Below the pieces are notes generated by a model, which was not told the DNA's origin, did no database searches, and was given only the letters and a program-made list of their open reading frames with translations. A DNA stretch of 64,000 bases from Candidatus Colwellbacteria bacterium. Lineage in GTDB: Bacteria; Patescibacteriota; Minisyncoccia; UBA6257; Colwellbacteraceae. The translations under genes were made by a program, and so were the position numbers. The DNA lies in assembly GCA_027448785.1 (NCBI GenBank), contig DAIDMW010000002.1:7252-71251 (forward strand), in the 5' to 3' direction. Of this stretch, positions 25,957 through 36,383 are shown piece after piece (the stretch's first letter is position 1; every line of letters begins with the position of its first letter).

Positions 25957-27993
25957 CTATTTTCCGGCCAGACTGAGAAACTCTTCTTCTCCAATCACCC
26001 GAATACCAAGTTCCCTGGCCTTTTGCAATTTCGATCCCGGATTTTCTCCGGCTACCACCAGCGTGGTTTGTTTGCCGACCGACTCGGAGACGTCCCCGCC
26101 GAGCGCCCTAATCCTCTCCTTCGCCTCTTCGCGGGGCATAGTTCCCAATGTCCCAGTCAGAACTATGATCTGTCCGGATAATTTCCCCTTCGCCGCTACC
26201 TTCATCGGCAGCAAGCGCACACCATTCCGCTCCAGTTTTTCCAGAAAATTCACATTGCGCTGGTCTTTAAACCATAAGGTTATGCTTTCCGCCACCTTCG
26301 GCCCTATGTCCGGAAGTTCCTCTAGGCCGCTGGTTCCCATCTCTTTAACTATTCCTGCCAGGTGGCTGATTTCTATTTCCTTCGCCCCCAGACGCCAGGC
26401 TAAAGCCGCGGCCAGCGTCTGAGCAGTCTCCTCACCAACGTGCAGGATGCCGAGGCTGTAAATTAGCCGCGGCAGTTCGACGGACTTCTTCTCCCCGATC
26501 TCCCCAACTATTTTTTCCGCGGATTTTTCGCCGAATCTTTCCAGGGCGGCGATATCGCCTTTCTGAAGGGAGAAGATGTCGGCCGCGTCGGAGATCAATC
26601 CCTCGTCTACGAATCTGTCCAAAGCTTTCGGCCCTAATCCACGGATATCGAAAGCCGATCTGGAAACCAAATGGCGCATCAGTTCGCGGTTCCGCGCGCC
26701 GCACTTAGGATTGGAGCAGCGGTAGAAAACCCCGACTTTTTCCACTTTGGAGCCGTCGACCGGGCAAGTCTCCGGCATTCGGAACTCTTTCTCCCTGCCG
26801 GTGCGCATTTTGGCCAGGACCGAAGTGATCTGCGGTATCACGTCCCCGGCGCGGCTGATCACGACCGTATCCCCGATTTTCAGGCCGAGCTTCCGAATCT
26901 GGTCCAAGTTGTGCAACGTCGCATGGGAAATTCTGACGCCGCCAACCTCGACCGGACGCAACTCCGCCACAGGTGTTAGCGTTCCCGTCCGCCCCACCTG
27001 GACCAGAATGTTTTGAACTATGGTAGTCGCCTCGCGCGGAGAGAATTTGTAGGCGATGGCCGCTCGCGGCGCCTTGCCGACAGCTCCCGCCTCTCCGTAA
27101 ATATCGTTGTCGTTAAGGATAATAACTATCCCGTCGATCTCATAATCAAGCTTCTCGCGGTGCTTTTCCCAGTAGTCGCGGAACTCGAAGACCTCCTCTA
27201 GCGACTGGACCAGGCGGTTGTTCGGATTGGTTTTGAAGCCCAGCTCCTTCAGCTTCTCATGCTCTTTCTCGTGCTTCGTTAAGTCGAATCCGCTAACAAT
27301 ATCATAAGCGAAAGAATCCAGTCTGCGGCCGGCGGTGACTTTCGGGTCGAGCTGGCGAACCGAACCGGCGGCGATGTTGCGCGGGTTGGCATAAGCCTTT
27401 GCTCCCGCTTTCTCCTGCTCGCGGTTGATGCGCTCAAACTCTTTCCTGCTTAAAAAAACTTCCCCGCGGACCACTAAGCGGCGCGGAATCTCTTTTTCTT
27501 TAACGGTCATTAAGGAAAGCGGGATGGGCTCGACGGTTTTCAAATTCTGAGTAACGTCTTCGCCGACAATACCATCCCCTCTGGTCGAACCCTGGACGAA
27601 AACGCCGCTCTCATAAACCAATTCGATGGCTAGTCCATCGATTTTTAGCTCTACGTAAAACTCCCGCTTAACCTTACGGTTCAAATAATTTTCCAGCCGC
27701 TCCAGCCAGGCTTGGACATCCTCTCTGCTGAAGGCGTCATTGAAAGAAAGCATCGTCTCCTCATGTCGGACCTTCTTAAACTCCTTAAGCGGCTTTCCGC
27801 CGACCCTTTGCGTAGGCGAATCAGAAGTTATTAAATCCGGATACTGGTTTTCTAGATCGAAAAGCTCTTTTTTCAAAGAGTCCAGAGCCGCGTCGGAAAT
27901 CAGAGATTTATTCAAAACGTGATAAGCGTAGCGGTCGCGATTTATCTCCTTTTTCAGCCTTTCTATTCTCTCCTTAGCCTGCTTTTTATCCAT
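25957..27993 (-). CDS. ligA: NAD-dependent DNA ligase LigA
   Basis: 678 aa. Adenylation motif KIDGLAIEL, Zn-finger cysteines, HhH and BRCT regions. Confidence 0.92.
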   Translation of the reverse strand: MDKKQAKERIERLKKEINRDRYAYHVLNKSLISDAALDSLKKELFDLENQYPDLITSDSPTQRVGGKPLKEFKKVRHEETMLSFNDAFSREDVQAWLERLENYLNRKVKREFYVELKIDGLAIELVYESGVFVQGSTRGDGIVGEDVTQNLKTVEPIPLSLMTVKEKEIPRRLVVRGEVFLSRKEFERINREQEKAGAKAYANPRNIAAGSVRQLDPKVTAGRRLDSFAYDIVSGFDLTKHEKEHEKLKELGFKTNPNNRLVQSLEEVFEFRDYWEKHREKLDYEIDGIVIILNDNDIYGEAGAVGKAPRAAIAYKFSPREATTIVQNILVQVGRTGTLTPVAELRPVEVGGVRISHATLHNLDQIRKLGLKIGDTVVISRAGDVIPQITSVLAKMRTGREKEFRMPETCPVDGSKVEKVGVFYRCSNPKCGARNRELMRHLVSRSAFDIRGLGPKALDRFVDEGLISDAADIFSLQKGDIAALERFGEKSAEKIVGEIGEKKSVELPRLIYSLGILHVGEETAQTLAAALAWRLGAKEIEISHLAGIVKEMGTSGLEELPDIGPKVAESITLWFKDQRNVNFLEKLERNGVRLLPMKVAAKGKLSGQIIVLTGTLGTMPREEAKERIRALGGDVSESVGKQTTLVVAGENPGSKLQKARELGIRVIGEEEFLSLAGK

Positions 27994-27997
27994 TATC

Positions 27998-28447
27998 TTA
28001 TTGGATCTGGCTCAGGGTTATCCGCAGAGACCTGGCGGTAGTACTGGCCACGTCCTGCCCGATTGAAACCCAGGTCTGGGAACCGTTAGTAGGATCCGAA
28101 GCTATACACTGCATCTTGTCCGAATAAAACGCATTGCTATTGTAATAAGTCGCGGGACTAGATCCACCGCAGGACAGCGTCCACGGACCGGTTATCGGAA
28201 CACTGCTACAGTTAACGGGAACGCAGCTTCCATCAGGCTGGGTGGTGTTGCAAAAATGGTAGTAAAGGATGCACTCGATCCCGGCATCGGCGGCGAAGAT
28301 AGCTTGAGCCGAAGCTTGGGCGTTCGTCACCTGGCGCAGCGAGTAAGACATAATAAGTCCGGCCAGCGTCGAGACCATCAGAATAACGCCGGCGATAACC
28401 AGCACGGTCAGTAAAAGCGTCTGTCCTTCTTGTTCTTTACGCATCAT
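27998..28447 (-). CDS. Pilin-like / pseudopilin-like secreted protein (Cys-rich)
   Basis: 149 aa with an N-terminal hydrophobic helix after EGQTLLLTVLVIAG. Lies last in the pilin gene run. Confidence 0.45.
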   Translation of the reverse strand: MMRKEQEGQTLLLTVLVIAGVILMVSTLAGLIMSYSLRQVTNAQASAQAIFAADAGIECILYYHFCNTTQPDGSCVPVNCSSVPITGPWTLSCGGSSPATYYNSNAFYSDKMQCIASDPTNGSQTWVSIGQDVASTTARSLRITLSQIQ

Positions 28448-29034
28448 TATTGATAATAATACAACCTCTGGCTGACCGTTGTCTCCAGGTTGAAGGGCGC
28501 GACGAAACCGAACGCCTCGTTCGCCGGATTAGTCCCTTGGACGGCTATGGTTATCCGCGGCGGAAAACTCCGGACGCCGCACCAGTTAGTCACGATGAAC
28601 TGAAGATTAGTAATATTCGTTCCCGCCGGCGTCATGGGCAAAGATTGGCCGCTATTAATAGTTTGCATTATCTGATTATTATTAGTCGTGGAATTTATTT
28701 GTCGGCTATAACTGACCGTCGTCGTAGCGCCAAAACCGTCCGTGTAGGTAAATTTTATGGATGGATACGGCGTCTGACAGTCGGTAAACGAACTTAGAGG
28801 AATATAGGTCCCTCCCTGCGGAACTTCAAAATTACTGGCGGTGCGCATCTCCCTCGCGATCTCCTCCACCGCCAGCGAAACGTTAGCAATCGTCGCGCTC
28901 TGGCCGGCCACTCCTCTTTCCGTCTGAACCGAGCGCAGGAAGATGCTCATCACCGTCACGATAACCGCGACGAATAAGGTCATCGCGACCACCATCTCGA
29001 TCAATGTAAAACCGTCGTTGTTTTTATTCATCAT
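28447..29034 (-). CDS. Minor type IV pilin (prepilin N-terminal methylation motif)
   Basis: Prepilin motif GFTLIEMVVAMTLFVAV. Confidence 0.75.
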   Translation of the reverse strand: MMNKNNDGFTLIEMVVAMTLFVAVIVTVMSIFLRSVQTERGVAGQSATIANVSLAVEEIAREMRTASNFEVPQGGTYIPLSSFTDCQTPYPSIKFTYTDGFGATTTVSYSRQINSTTNNNQIMQTINSGQSLPMTPAGTNITNLQFIVTNWCGVRSFPPRITIAVQGTNPANEAFGFVAPFNLETTVSQRLYYYQ

Positions 29035-29615
29035 CTCCAGTTTAGAAAATCTGTTGCGACGCTAACGACTCCATACCCGCCGGCCCTGGCCGAGGTAGGC
29101 CATATTACCGTGGAAATCGCCCTGATCTGGTTGTTGCCGGAATTGGGAGTATTGATATATTCCACCTGCACATATCTTCTATATATAGTGGACGTAGAAG
29201 TCCTCGTATATTGATACGCTCCTAAATCGTTTAGATAAAGAGTGGCGAGCTGATTATAAGTCGAAGAAGCGCTATTAAGATTGGTGAGGCCGGGGCCAAT
29301 GTCGGGACCGGTCGAGGTACTCGTGTAATCAACCTCGTATATCCCCGGCCCCACGCCGGCATTCCACGCGCCGCCCGTGCTGCCGCCGCTGTTTAGAGCG
29401 TTGCTATCCAAAATGTTCTTCGTGACCTCGATCCCCTCGGCGGCCAGATCGGCGGCAATAAACTGGTTGCCGACCGTCCTGCCCTCGTGTACCGCCCGGG
29501 CGATGACTCCGACGATCCCGACGATGGCAATTGTAAAAATGCCGATGGCGATTACCGACTCGACCAGTAGCTGTCCTTCCCTGTTATTTAAAATTTTAAT
29601 TATCTGGCTCTTCAT
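29031..29615 (-). CDS. Minor type IV pilin-like protein
   Basis: Pilin-like N-terminus REGQLLVESVIAIGIFTIAIVGIVG, with the +5 Glu. Confidence 0.6.
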   Translation of the reverse strand: MKSQIIKILNNREGQLLVESVIAIGIFTIAIVGIVGVIARAVHEGRTVGNQFIAADLAAEGIEVTKNILDSNALNSGGSTGGAWNAGVGPGIYEVDYTSTSTGPDIGPGLTNLNSASSTYNQLATLYLNDLGAYQYTRTSTSTIYRRYVQVEYINTPNSGNNQIRAISTVIWPTSARAGGYGVVSVATDFLNWR

Positions 29616-29616
29616 T

Positions 29617-30243
29617 TTAGTGCGGCGGCGGATTATAAGTTAAATCAATAAGCCCGGCAGCGTTTACCTCCACTCCTCTGGCTTCCTGATTGTCTATCGA
29701 AACTATATTCAGCACTATCGAATTGGTGCTGGTCGAACCGTCTATATACACCGCCGGATCGGGTGGAAGGAAAAATATGTTGCTGGAGCTGGCAAACTGC
29801 AGTGACTTATCCAGCGTCATTGAATTAAGGGTTCCTCCCATCGCCGAAGCGCTGGAGTTATACGTGGTGATAAACGGCAAAGCGCCGCAGGCGTAAAAGA
29901 TAAATGCGGCGGAAGACGATGCACTGACACGCACTCCGTACCCGCATTGCTGACCTGCTGGCATACTGCCTTGGTAAGCCACACTGTTGATGGATAAGGC
30001 GCGGGCGCGGGTCAGAAGGCCCTGCAGCTGCTGCTGGCTGGTAGACAGCAAGAACTCGCGCCGATTGGCGGGAGCCGAAGCGACGGCTATGCCGAGCAGG
30101 ATCGAGATGATAGTTATCGAAACCAGCAGCTCGATGAGGGTGAATCCTTCGGTTTTTCGGAACCGGTTGGTGTCCGGCCTTAATTTCCGCATTCGGCGGA
30201 GAAATAAATTAAATCTGCAAGCCGAAAAGCCTGAAGTAGCCAT
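29617..30243 (-). CDS. Type IV pilin / pseudopilin
   Basis: Prepilin motif EGFTLIELLVSITIISILLGIA. Confidence 0.75.
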   Translation of the reverse strand: MATSGFSACRFNLFLRRMRKLRPDTNRFRKTEGFTLIELLVSITIISILLGIAVASAPANRREFLLSTSQQQLQGLLTRARALSINSVAYQGSMPAGQQCGYGVRVSASSSAAFIFYACGALPFITTYNSSASAMGGTLNSMTLDKSLQFASSSNIFFLPPDPAVYIDGSTSTNSIVLNIVSIDNQEARGVEVNAAGLIDLTYNPPPH

Positions 30244-31162
30244 TAATAATATCGTAGCCGAAAAAGTACAGCAAGGTAATACCCAGAACTATGAACGGAG
30301 CGAACGGCAAGCGGCTCTTCATTTTTTCGCGCCCCAAAGCCATAAGGAAAAGGCTGATGATCGAGCCTAAAATAAACGCCAAGAGCAGAGCGATCGCCGA
30401 ATCAGGCCATCCCAAAAGCAGTCCTACCGCGCCCATCAGTTTAACATCGCCAAAACCCATCGCGCGTCCGCGGCTGCCGAAATGCAATATCCCCAGAAAA
30501 ACGACCCCGAAAACCACTCCGACCAAAGCGTTTATCCAGATATTCTGATTGAAGCCGAAAATCGGAGCATAGGCGCCAATGAACGAGCCGCGGATGCTTC
30601 CATCGACGAGGCCGAAGCCGGAATAAAAATATTTGAGAACGAGAGCGGCGGCTCCGAGAATAGCGAGAAAAATAGTCAATCCGTCGGGTATCATCTTAAA
30701 GCGCAGATCGACGGCGGCGATTAATAGCAAGGTGTAAAAAGCCATTATCCAGATTCCGGCAAGCGAAACGCTGCCGATCGCCGCCATATGTAGAGTGTGG
30801 TAAAAAGCGGCGTTGGCCGAATTTATGGGAAGCAGGCCCAATCCGGCAAAAATATCGGGATTGGCGGCAATAGTCATCCAAGGAACGGCGACCATAATCA
30901 ATCCGCTCAACAACTCCACCAGCGGATACTGCCAGGTCAGCCTAGCCTTGCAGCTGCGGCAGCGGCCGCGCTGGGCAGCGAAGCTCAAGAGCGGTACCAG
31001 CTCGTACCAGCGCAGAGTGCGGTTGCAGTGCGGACAATGCGACCGGCCGCCGGTATTTTTAAACAGGCTTTCCTTCGGGTCGTAGCGCAGGATGACGACG
31101 TTTAAAAAGCTGCCGATGGCGGCGCCGAGGATGAAGAGAAGGATATAAGTCAGGGTCGGCAC
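30209..31162 (-). CDS. pilD: Prepilin peptidase (A24 family) PilD
   Basis: 317 aa. N-terminal Zn-binding CPHC...CRSC and a polytopic membrane body typical of PilD/ComC. Confidence 0.85.
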   Translation of the reverse strand: MPTLTYILLFILGAAIGSFLNVVILRYDPKESLFKNTGGRSHCPHCNRTLRWYELVPLLSFAAQRGRCRSCKARLTWQYPLVELLSGLIMVAVPWMTIAANPDIFAGLGLLPINSANAAFYHTLHMAAIGSVSLAGIWIMAFYTLLLIAAVDLRFKMIPDGLTIFLAILGAAALVLKYFYSGFGLVDGSIRGSFIGAYAPIFGFNQNIWINALVGVVFGVVFLGILHFGSRGRAMGFGDVKLMGAVGLLLGWPDSAIALLLAFILGSIISLFLMALGREKMKSRLPFAPFIVLGITLLYFFGYDIINGYFRLFGLQI

Positions 31163-31180
31163 GGAAGATTTTTACCTAAA

Positions 31181-31654
31181 TTATTGAGGAGAGACGCAGT
31201 AAATATACGAACCTGTACTAGTTCCACACTGATAAGATCCGCATGGTTGTGGCGGATTAATTAATGATTGTGACATCTGATTAAGCACAGTATTATTAGT
31301 TTCTAATTTAGCCCCCAAAATATAAGACGTGGTTCCACTGGCGTCATAACAATACTGATAAGCCGGATCTGTTGGTGAAGGAATCGAAACATTTATTGCG
31401 GTTTTCATCTCACTTTGAAATCCAGGCCATGTAGTTGCAGTCGACGGATATTGTCCTTCCGCGTTATAGTAAAGTTCTAAATAATTCTGTATTGTCCGTA
31501 TATCAGATATCCTTTTAGAGTCTCGAGCAGATGCTAGAAAAGCAAAAGACCTGATGACAATGGTCGCCAAAATACCGATGATGGCGATGACGATCATCAT
31601 TTCGATGAGGGTAAAGCCCTCGTCTCCCCGCTTCTTGTTAAATAATTGCTTCAT
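31181..31654 (-). CDS. pilA: Major type IV pilin PilA-like
   Basis: Prepilin motif KRGDEGFTLIEMMIVIAIIGILATIV; 157 aa. Confidence 0.8.
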   Translation of the reverse strand: MKQLFNKKRGDEGFTLIEMMIVIAIIGILATIVIRSFAFLASARDSKRISDIRTIQNYLELYYNAEGQYPSTATTWPGFQSEMKTAINVSIPSPTDPAYQYCYDASGTTSYILGAKLETNNTVLNQMSQSLINPPQPCGSYQCGTSTGSYIYCVSPQ

Positions 31655-31747
31655 ATTGGATAACGTTGAATTTCCTTAATTTTAAAGCTTCGCTCGGAAT
31701 AAGCAACCACGGAGTTGTTGATAACTCAACCGGGCCGAGTCTAGGGA

Positions 31748-31853
31748 GTGCAAAACTTAAAGCGCAAAATAACGGAGCGCAAAGCTTAAAGCGCAAAATG
31801 CAAAAGAATTACGTTGTTATTTTTCATTTTTAGCTTTTCGCTTTGCGTTTTTT
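31748..31853. repeat. Modular palindromic intergenic repeat, copy R5
   Basis: Left arm caaaacttaaagcgcaaaataacggagcgcaaagcttaaagcgcaaaatgcaaaag; right arm ttatttttcatttttagcttttcgctttgcgtttttt. Confidence 0.75.
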
Positions 31854-33071
31854 CTACTGCTGGTTGATCGCCGAGACCAAGGAATAAATCGGGATAAGAA
31901 TCGAAGCAAAAAGTAGTCCGACCAATCCGCCGATAAAAATCATCATCAACGGCTGAATCATTTCCACGAGGTTGTTCACCGAGTCGTCCACTTCACGAGA
32001 ATAAAAAGTGGAGACCCGCATCAGAAGATCCTCAAGCTTTCCAGTAGATTCTCCGACCGCCACCATTTGGCCGACCAACATCGGGAAATAATCATATTCT
32101 CGGTTTAAAGCCTGAGAAAGCAGTTCTCCCTTGCGGATAGCGTCGGCTATGCGGCGCATCGCTTCTTCGTAAACGCGGCTGCCGATCGTTTTTCCCGTAA
32201 CCTCAATAGCCTGGGCGATCGGCACTCCTCCTTTAATCAGAACGGCCAGTGACTCGGAAAAGCGGGCAACGTACATTTCCTTCAGCATAGTGTTAAAGAT
32301 CGGTACCCGCAGAATAAACTCGTCGTAAACAATCCTTCCCTCCGGCGAATGGAAGTAGTCGAGGAAGAAGATAACCATGGCGACAATAACGATCAAGACG
32401 ACCCACCACCATTGGGCCATGAAGTTGCCTCCCACCAGAAGCCACTGGGTGATAAACGGCAGCTGCGCGCCTACCTGTTCAAAAGCCGAACCCAGCTGCG
32501 GCAGAACGGTCGTGCCCATAAACACCCCGACGAATAAGAAAAGCAGGATCATTATCACCGGATAAATCAAAGCGTTGCGGATCTTGTCGGCCAGCGAAAT
32601 GTTCTTCTCGATATAGTCGGCCAAGAATCCCATCACCTCTTCCACCCGTCCGGTCACCTCGCCGGATTGCAGCATGTTCACGTAGAACTCGGAAAAAACC
32701 GCGGTTTGCTTGCTTAGCGCCTGGGAGAGCGACAACCCCGAGGCGACATCCTCCTGGATGTTGATAATCGCTTCCTGCAGAATCGGATTGCGGGTCTGAC
32801 GGATCAGGGTTTTTAAGGCGTCCCCCAGCGGCACCTTGGCCTCCAGCAATGTGGCGAACTGCCTAGTGAAGACCATTAAATCCTTACCTTTGACGCGGTT
32901 GACCAATAAATAGAGCTCGTTATTGAATCCTTTTCGCTCCGCCTCGTTGATGCTCAGGATAAACAAACTATGGCTGGTCAGAATATTGATAGCCAACTTC
33001 TTATTCGGGGCTTCCACGAAGCCGACCTGCAATTCGCCGCTTTGGGTTCTGGCTTGGTATCTAAACTTCAT
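31854..33071 (-). CDS. pilC: Type IV pilus inner-membrane platform protein PilC (GspF family)
   Basis: 405 aa with two GspF repeats. Adjacent to pilT and pilB. Confidence 0.88.
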   Translation of the reverse strand: MKFRYQARTQSGELQVGFVEAPNKKLAINILTSHSLFILSINEAERKGFNNELYLLVNRVKGKDLMVFTRQFATLLEAKVPLGDALKTLIRQTRNPILQEAIINIQEDVASGLSLSQALSKQTAVFSEFYVNMLQSGEVTGRVEEVMGFLADYIEKNISLADKIRNALIYPVIMILLFLFVGVFMGTTVLPQLGSAFEQVGAQLPFITQWLLVGGNFMAQWWWVVLIVIVAMVIFFLDYFHSPEGRIVYDEFILRVPIFNTMLKEMYVARFSESLAVLIKGGVPIAQAIEVTGKTIGSRVYEEAMRRIADAIRKGELLSQALNREYDYFPMLVGQMVAVGESTGKLEDLLMRVSTFYSREVDDSVNNLVEMIQPLMMIFIGGLVGLLFASILIPIYSLVSAINQQ

Positions 33072-33088
33072 CTTTTAAACCGGCGGAA

Positions 33089-34159
33089 CTAAATTTTTTC
33101 GAGGAGTATCCGCAACTCTCCCGGATTAAGCGAGTACAGCTCCGCGTTTTCCAGCGACACCTCCTTGTTCTTCACTAGTTCGGCCAGCGAGCGGTTCATA
33201 TTGATCATCCCTTCCTGCAGGCTGGTCTCGATAACCAAGTCGATCTGGTAAACCTTGCGCTCTCGGATAAGGTTACGAATAGCAGAGTTCATCAACATTA
33301 TCTCGGTGGCCGGAACGCGGCCTCCGTCAATCCTCGGCACCAAGCGCTCGGAGACGATTCCGACCAGAGTGGCCGCCAGCTGCGAGGTTATCTGGCCCTG
33401 CTGGTCAACCGGAAAAGAGTCTATGATGCGGTCAATTGTCTGAGCGGCGGAGTTGGTGTGCAGCGTCGAAAAAACCAAGTGACCGGTTTCGGCCGCGGTC
33501 ATGGCGGTAGCGATGGATTCGCGGTCGCGCATCTCGCCGATCATAACCACGTCCGGGTCCTGGCGCAGGAGCGAACGCAGCGAACGGTGAAAGCTCGGGC
33601 TGTCGGTCGAGATCTCGCGCTGCGAGACGATACTGCGGTCCTGGACGAACAGGTACTCTATCGGGTCCTCGATGGTGATGATGTGCTCCATGCGGTTGTG
33701 GTTGATCTCATCGAGTAACGCCGCCAATGTCGTCGACTTACCTTGGCCAGCCGGCCCCACCACTAGAACAAAGCCTTGATTTAGTTTGGTAAAATCGTGG
33801 ACCACCGGCGGAAGACGCAGCTCTTCCACCGTTTTAATTTCCGCCGGAATAAGACGAAGGGCCGCGGCCATAAACCCACGCTGGAAAAAGACGTTGACGC
33901 GGAAGCGCGCCTTGTCCTCGAAAGAATAGGAAAAGTCGAGATCGCCGTACCTTAAAAGCTTTTCCTTCTGCTCGGGAGTGAGCATCGCCAGGACCAGCCC
34001 CTGAGTGTCTTCCGGAGTCAGAATCTGCTCGTTCTGCAACCCGACCAGGACTCCGTCTATCCTGAGAGTAGGCTTGCGGCCGACTGCAATATGCAGGTCT
34101 GAGGCGTTCTGCCTAGCCGCCGTCAGGAGTAAGTCTTTTAATTTCTGCGCGTAACCCAT
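33089..34159 (-). CDS. pilT: Twitching-motility / retraction ATPase PilT
   Basis: 356 aa, Walker A GPAGQGKSTTLAA, PilT-like N-terminus. Confidence 0.88.
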   Translation of the reverse strand: MGYAQKLKDLLLTAARQNASDLHIAVGRKPTLRIDGVLVGLQNEQILTPEDTQGLVLAMLTPEQKEKLLRYGDLDFSYSFEDKARFRVNVFFQRGFMAAALRLIPAEIKTVEELRLPPVVHDFTKLNQGFVLVVGPAGQGKSTTLAALLDEINHNRMEHIITIEDPIEYLFVQDRSIVSQREISTDSPSFHRSLRSLLRQDPDVVMIGEMRDRESIATAMTAAETGHLVFSTLHTNSAAQTIDRIIDSFPVDQQGQITSQLAATLVGIVSERLVPRIDGGRVPATEIMLMNSAIRNLIRERKVYQIDLVIETSLQEGMINMNRSLAELVKNKEVSLENAELYSLNPGELRILLEKI

Positions 34160-34182
34160 TTATGTCTTAATTTTATAAGGTT

Positions 34183-34300
34183 TAACGGTTGGTGGCTAGT
34201 GGATAAAAAAACCAAACTCAACGCCCTTATTATTAGGGTACTGAAATTTAGTGGTGGTGCTTAAATGTTTAGTATTTCGGATTTAGGATTTTAGATTTTT
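34183..34300. repeat. Divergent copy R6 of the intergenic repeat family (contains gatttaggattt / atttcggattt units) plus the 14-mer ggttggtggctagt
   Basis: Shares the gatttaggatttcgg motif with R8 and R10. The 14-mer at 34183-34196 recurs at 58988-59001. Confidence 0.55.
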
Positions 34301-34304
34301 GCCC

Positions 34305-36068
34305 CTAGGTCTCCACTGTCTCATTTAAAACCTCCTCGATCGAAACCACGCCCTGCATAGCTTTCAGAATGCCGTCCTGGCGCAGGCTGACCATTCCCTG
34401 CCGGCGCGACTCGGCGCGAACCTTGCTTTCGTCTCCGCCGCTTGTATTGATTATCTCCTCAAGCTCGCGGGTTGTTTTAAAGACCTCGAAAAGAGCGACG
34501 CGGCCCTGCGTCCCCTTGCCCTTGCAGGCCTGGCATCCGGGTGAATGGAAAACAGTGAACGGTCCCTCCGGCTGCAGGCCGGGGACTATCTGCGCGAATC
34601 TCACCAGCTCTTCCTTGGTCAGCTTGGCCAATTCCTTTCCGATCACCTCCTGAACATTAGCCGGAGCCTGGATCGGCTGCTTGCAGCTCTGGCAGAGCCG
34701 GCGCACCAGCCTCTGGGCAACCATTAGGTTAAGCGACGACGGCAGCAGAAATGGCTCAATCCCCATATCAATCAAGCGCGGAATGACGCCGACCGCGTCG
34801 TTGGTGTGCAGCGTCGAAAGGACGATATGTCCGGTCAAAGCCGCCTGAACAGCCAAGTCGGCCGTTTCGCGATCACGGATCTCGCCGACCATGATGATAT
34901 CCGGGTCCTGCCGGACAGCTTGTCGCAGTCCGGCGGCGAAGGTATAGCCTATCTCCGGACGGATTTGCGACTGATTGATGCCGTCGACGAAGTACTCAAC
35001 CGGATCTTCCATGCTCAAGATATTGACATCTTCCTTGTTCAGTATCTGCAACAAGGCGTAAAGAGTCGTCGTCTTACCGCTTCCAGTAGGACCGGTTATC
35101 AAAACCATGCCGAACGGCTTATTTATGCCGTCCTTTACCAGGTCGGCGTTGTGTCCGATAAGCCCTAAATCGTCGATGCTCTTCAATCCGACGGTTGGGT
35201 CAAGCACGCGGATAGCCATCTTCTCCCCTACCGGGGTCGGGAAGGTGGAGACTCGGTAATCAATATCTCGGCCGAAAATCAGAGTGCGGAATCTGCCGTC
35301 CTGCGGCACTCTGGTCTCGTCTATCTTCAAATCGGCCAGTATCTTGATGCGGGAGATTATTGGCTGGCCGAGCTCGATTGGCATCGCCGCGGTTTCCTGC
35401 AGAGCGCCATCGACGCGGAATCGAACGCGCAGGCGGTCGCGCTGCGGCTCGATATGGATGTCCGAAGCTCCCCTCTCCACCGCCTCCTTCAACGTCGAGG
35501 AAACGATACGGATGATGGGAGCCTCCTTGCTGCCGGCGACCTGCTCTTCCAAGTTTATGGTGCGCTGGGTGACGCTTAAGTTGCTCCCGGGCTTGATATT
35601 AAGGGAAGCCACCGCCTCCTGAATGACGGTCTGATACGGGGAATAGCGGCGCAGCGCCATCTCCAAGTCGGTCGGGGTTATGATGTACACTCCCAGACTG
35701 AAATTGTTCTGCTTGGCGATGAATCGCAGCGCCTCTTGCGCACGCGTATCGTCGGGATTGACCATTCCCACCACCAGCATTTGGTTGCTGAAGTTCAGCG
35801 GAACGAGTTGATAGGTGTCGGCCGTCTCCTCTGGTATGATCTTCAAGACCTCTGCCGAAATGGTCAGCGGATCGATCTTCTCGTAGGGAACGCCTAATAC
35901 CGCGCTTTTCGCCTTGGCCACCGCCGCCTCGTCGAGAATGCGCCTCAAATAGATGATCTGTTCCAGCGGCTGATTGCCCTGCTCGGCCTCGGTTAAAAGC
36001 TTCCGGGAAAGCTCCTCCGAAAACAATCCGCTTTTAACCAGTGAGTCTGCTAGCGCTCTGTTTTCCAT
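34305..36068 (-). CDS. pilB: Type IV pilus assembly ATPase PilB (GspE family)
   Basis: 587 aa, Walker A GPTGSGKTTTLYA, N-terminal GSPII domain. Confidence 0.9.
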   Translation of the reverse strand: MENRALADSLVKSGLFSEELSRKLLTEAEQGNQPLEQIIYLRRILDEAAVAKAKSAVLGVPYEKIDPLTISAEVLKIIPEETADTYQLVPLNFSNQMLVVGMVNPDDTRAQEALRFIAKQNNFSLGVYIITPTDLEMALRRYSPYQTVIQEAVASLNIKPGSNLSVTQRTINLEEQVAGSKEAPIIRIVSSTLKEAVERGASDIHIEPQRDRLRVRFRVDGALQETAAMPIELGQPIISRIKILADLKIDETRVPQDGRFRTLIFGRDIDYRVSTFPTPVGEKMAIRVLDPTVGLKSIDDLGLIGHNADLVKDGINKPFGMVLITGPTGSGKTTTLYALLQILNKEDVNILSMEDPVEYFVDGINQSQIRPEIGYTFAAGLRQAVRQDPDIIMVGEIRDRETADLAVQAALTGHIVLSTLHTNDAVGVIPRLIDMGIEPFLLPSSLNLMVAQRLVRRLCQSCKQPIQAPANVQEVIGKELAKLTKEELVRFAQIVPGLQPEGPFTVFHSPGCQACKGKGTQGRVALFEVFKTTRELEEIINTSGGDESKVRAESRRQGMVSLRQDGILKAMQGVVSIEEVLNETVET

Positions 36069-36074
36069 TGATCG

Positions 36075-36377
36075 TTAAAAAGGTTGGAAGGGATCCGGGC
36101 GCCCTAATGCCCCGATGCTTGGCGCTCCCGGTCCGCTAGTGGCGGTTATCATATGATAAACCTGCATGTTTTGTAGCGGAGTGACGTCGAGGTTGACGTT
36201 GTTGATCTGCGAGATGGAGGAAACATTGCCGGGAAGGACGCTTTCCACCAGCGGCGCCGGAGAGAAAAAGGCGAAGTAGGTTATGGCGAATAATCCGACC
36301 GCCACGGCGGATATGGTCAGAATAGTCACGATGTTCGATCCACGCTGTGCTTGCTGTTCTTCAACTACGATAGCCAT
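36075..36377 (-). CDS. Small membrane protein in the pil cluster (possibly PilP-like), hypothetical
   Basis: 100 aa with a single TM. Sits between pilO-like and pilB. Confidence 0.45.
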   Translation of the reverse strand: MAIVVEEQQAQRGSNIVTILTISAVAVGLFAITYFAFFSPAPLVESVLPGNVSSISQINNVNLDVTPLQNMQVYHMITATSGPGAPSIGALGRPDPFQPF

Positions 36378-36383
36378 TGTTTT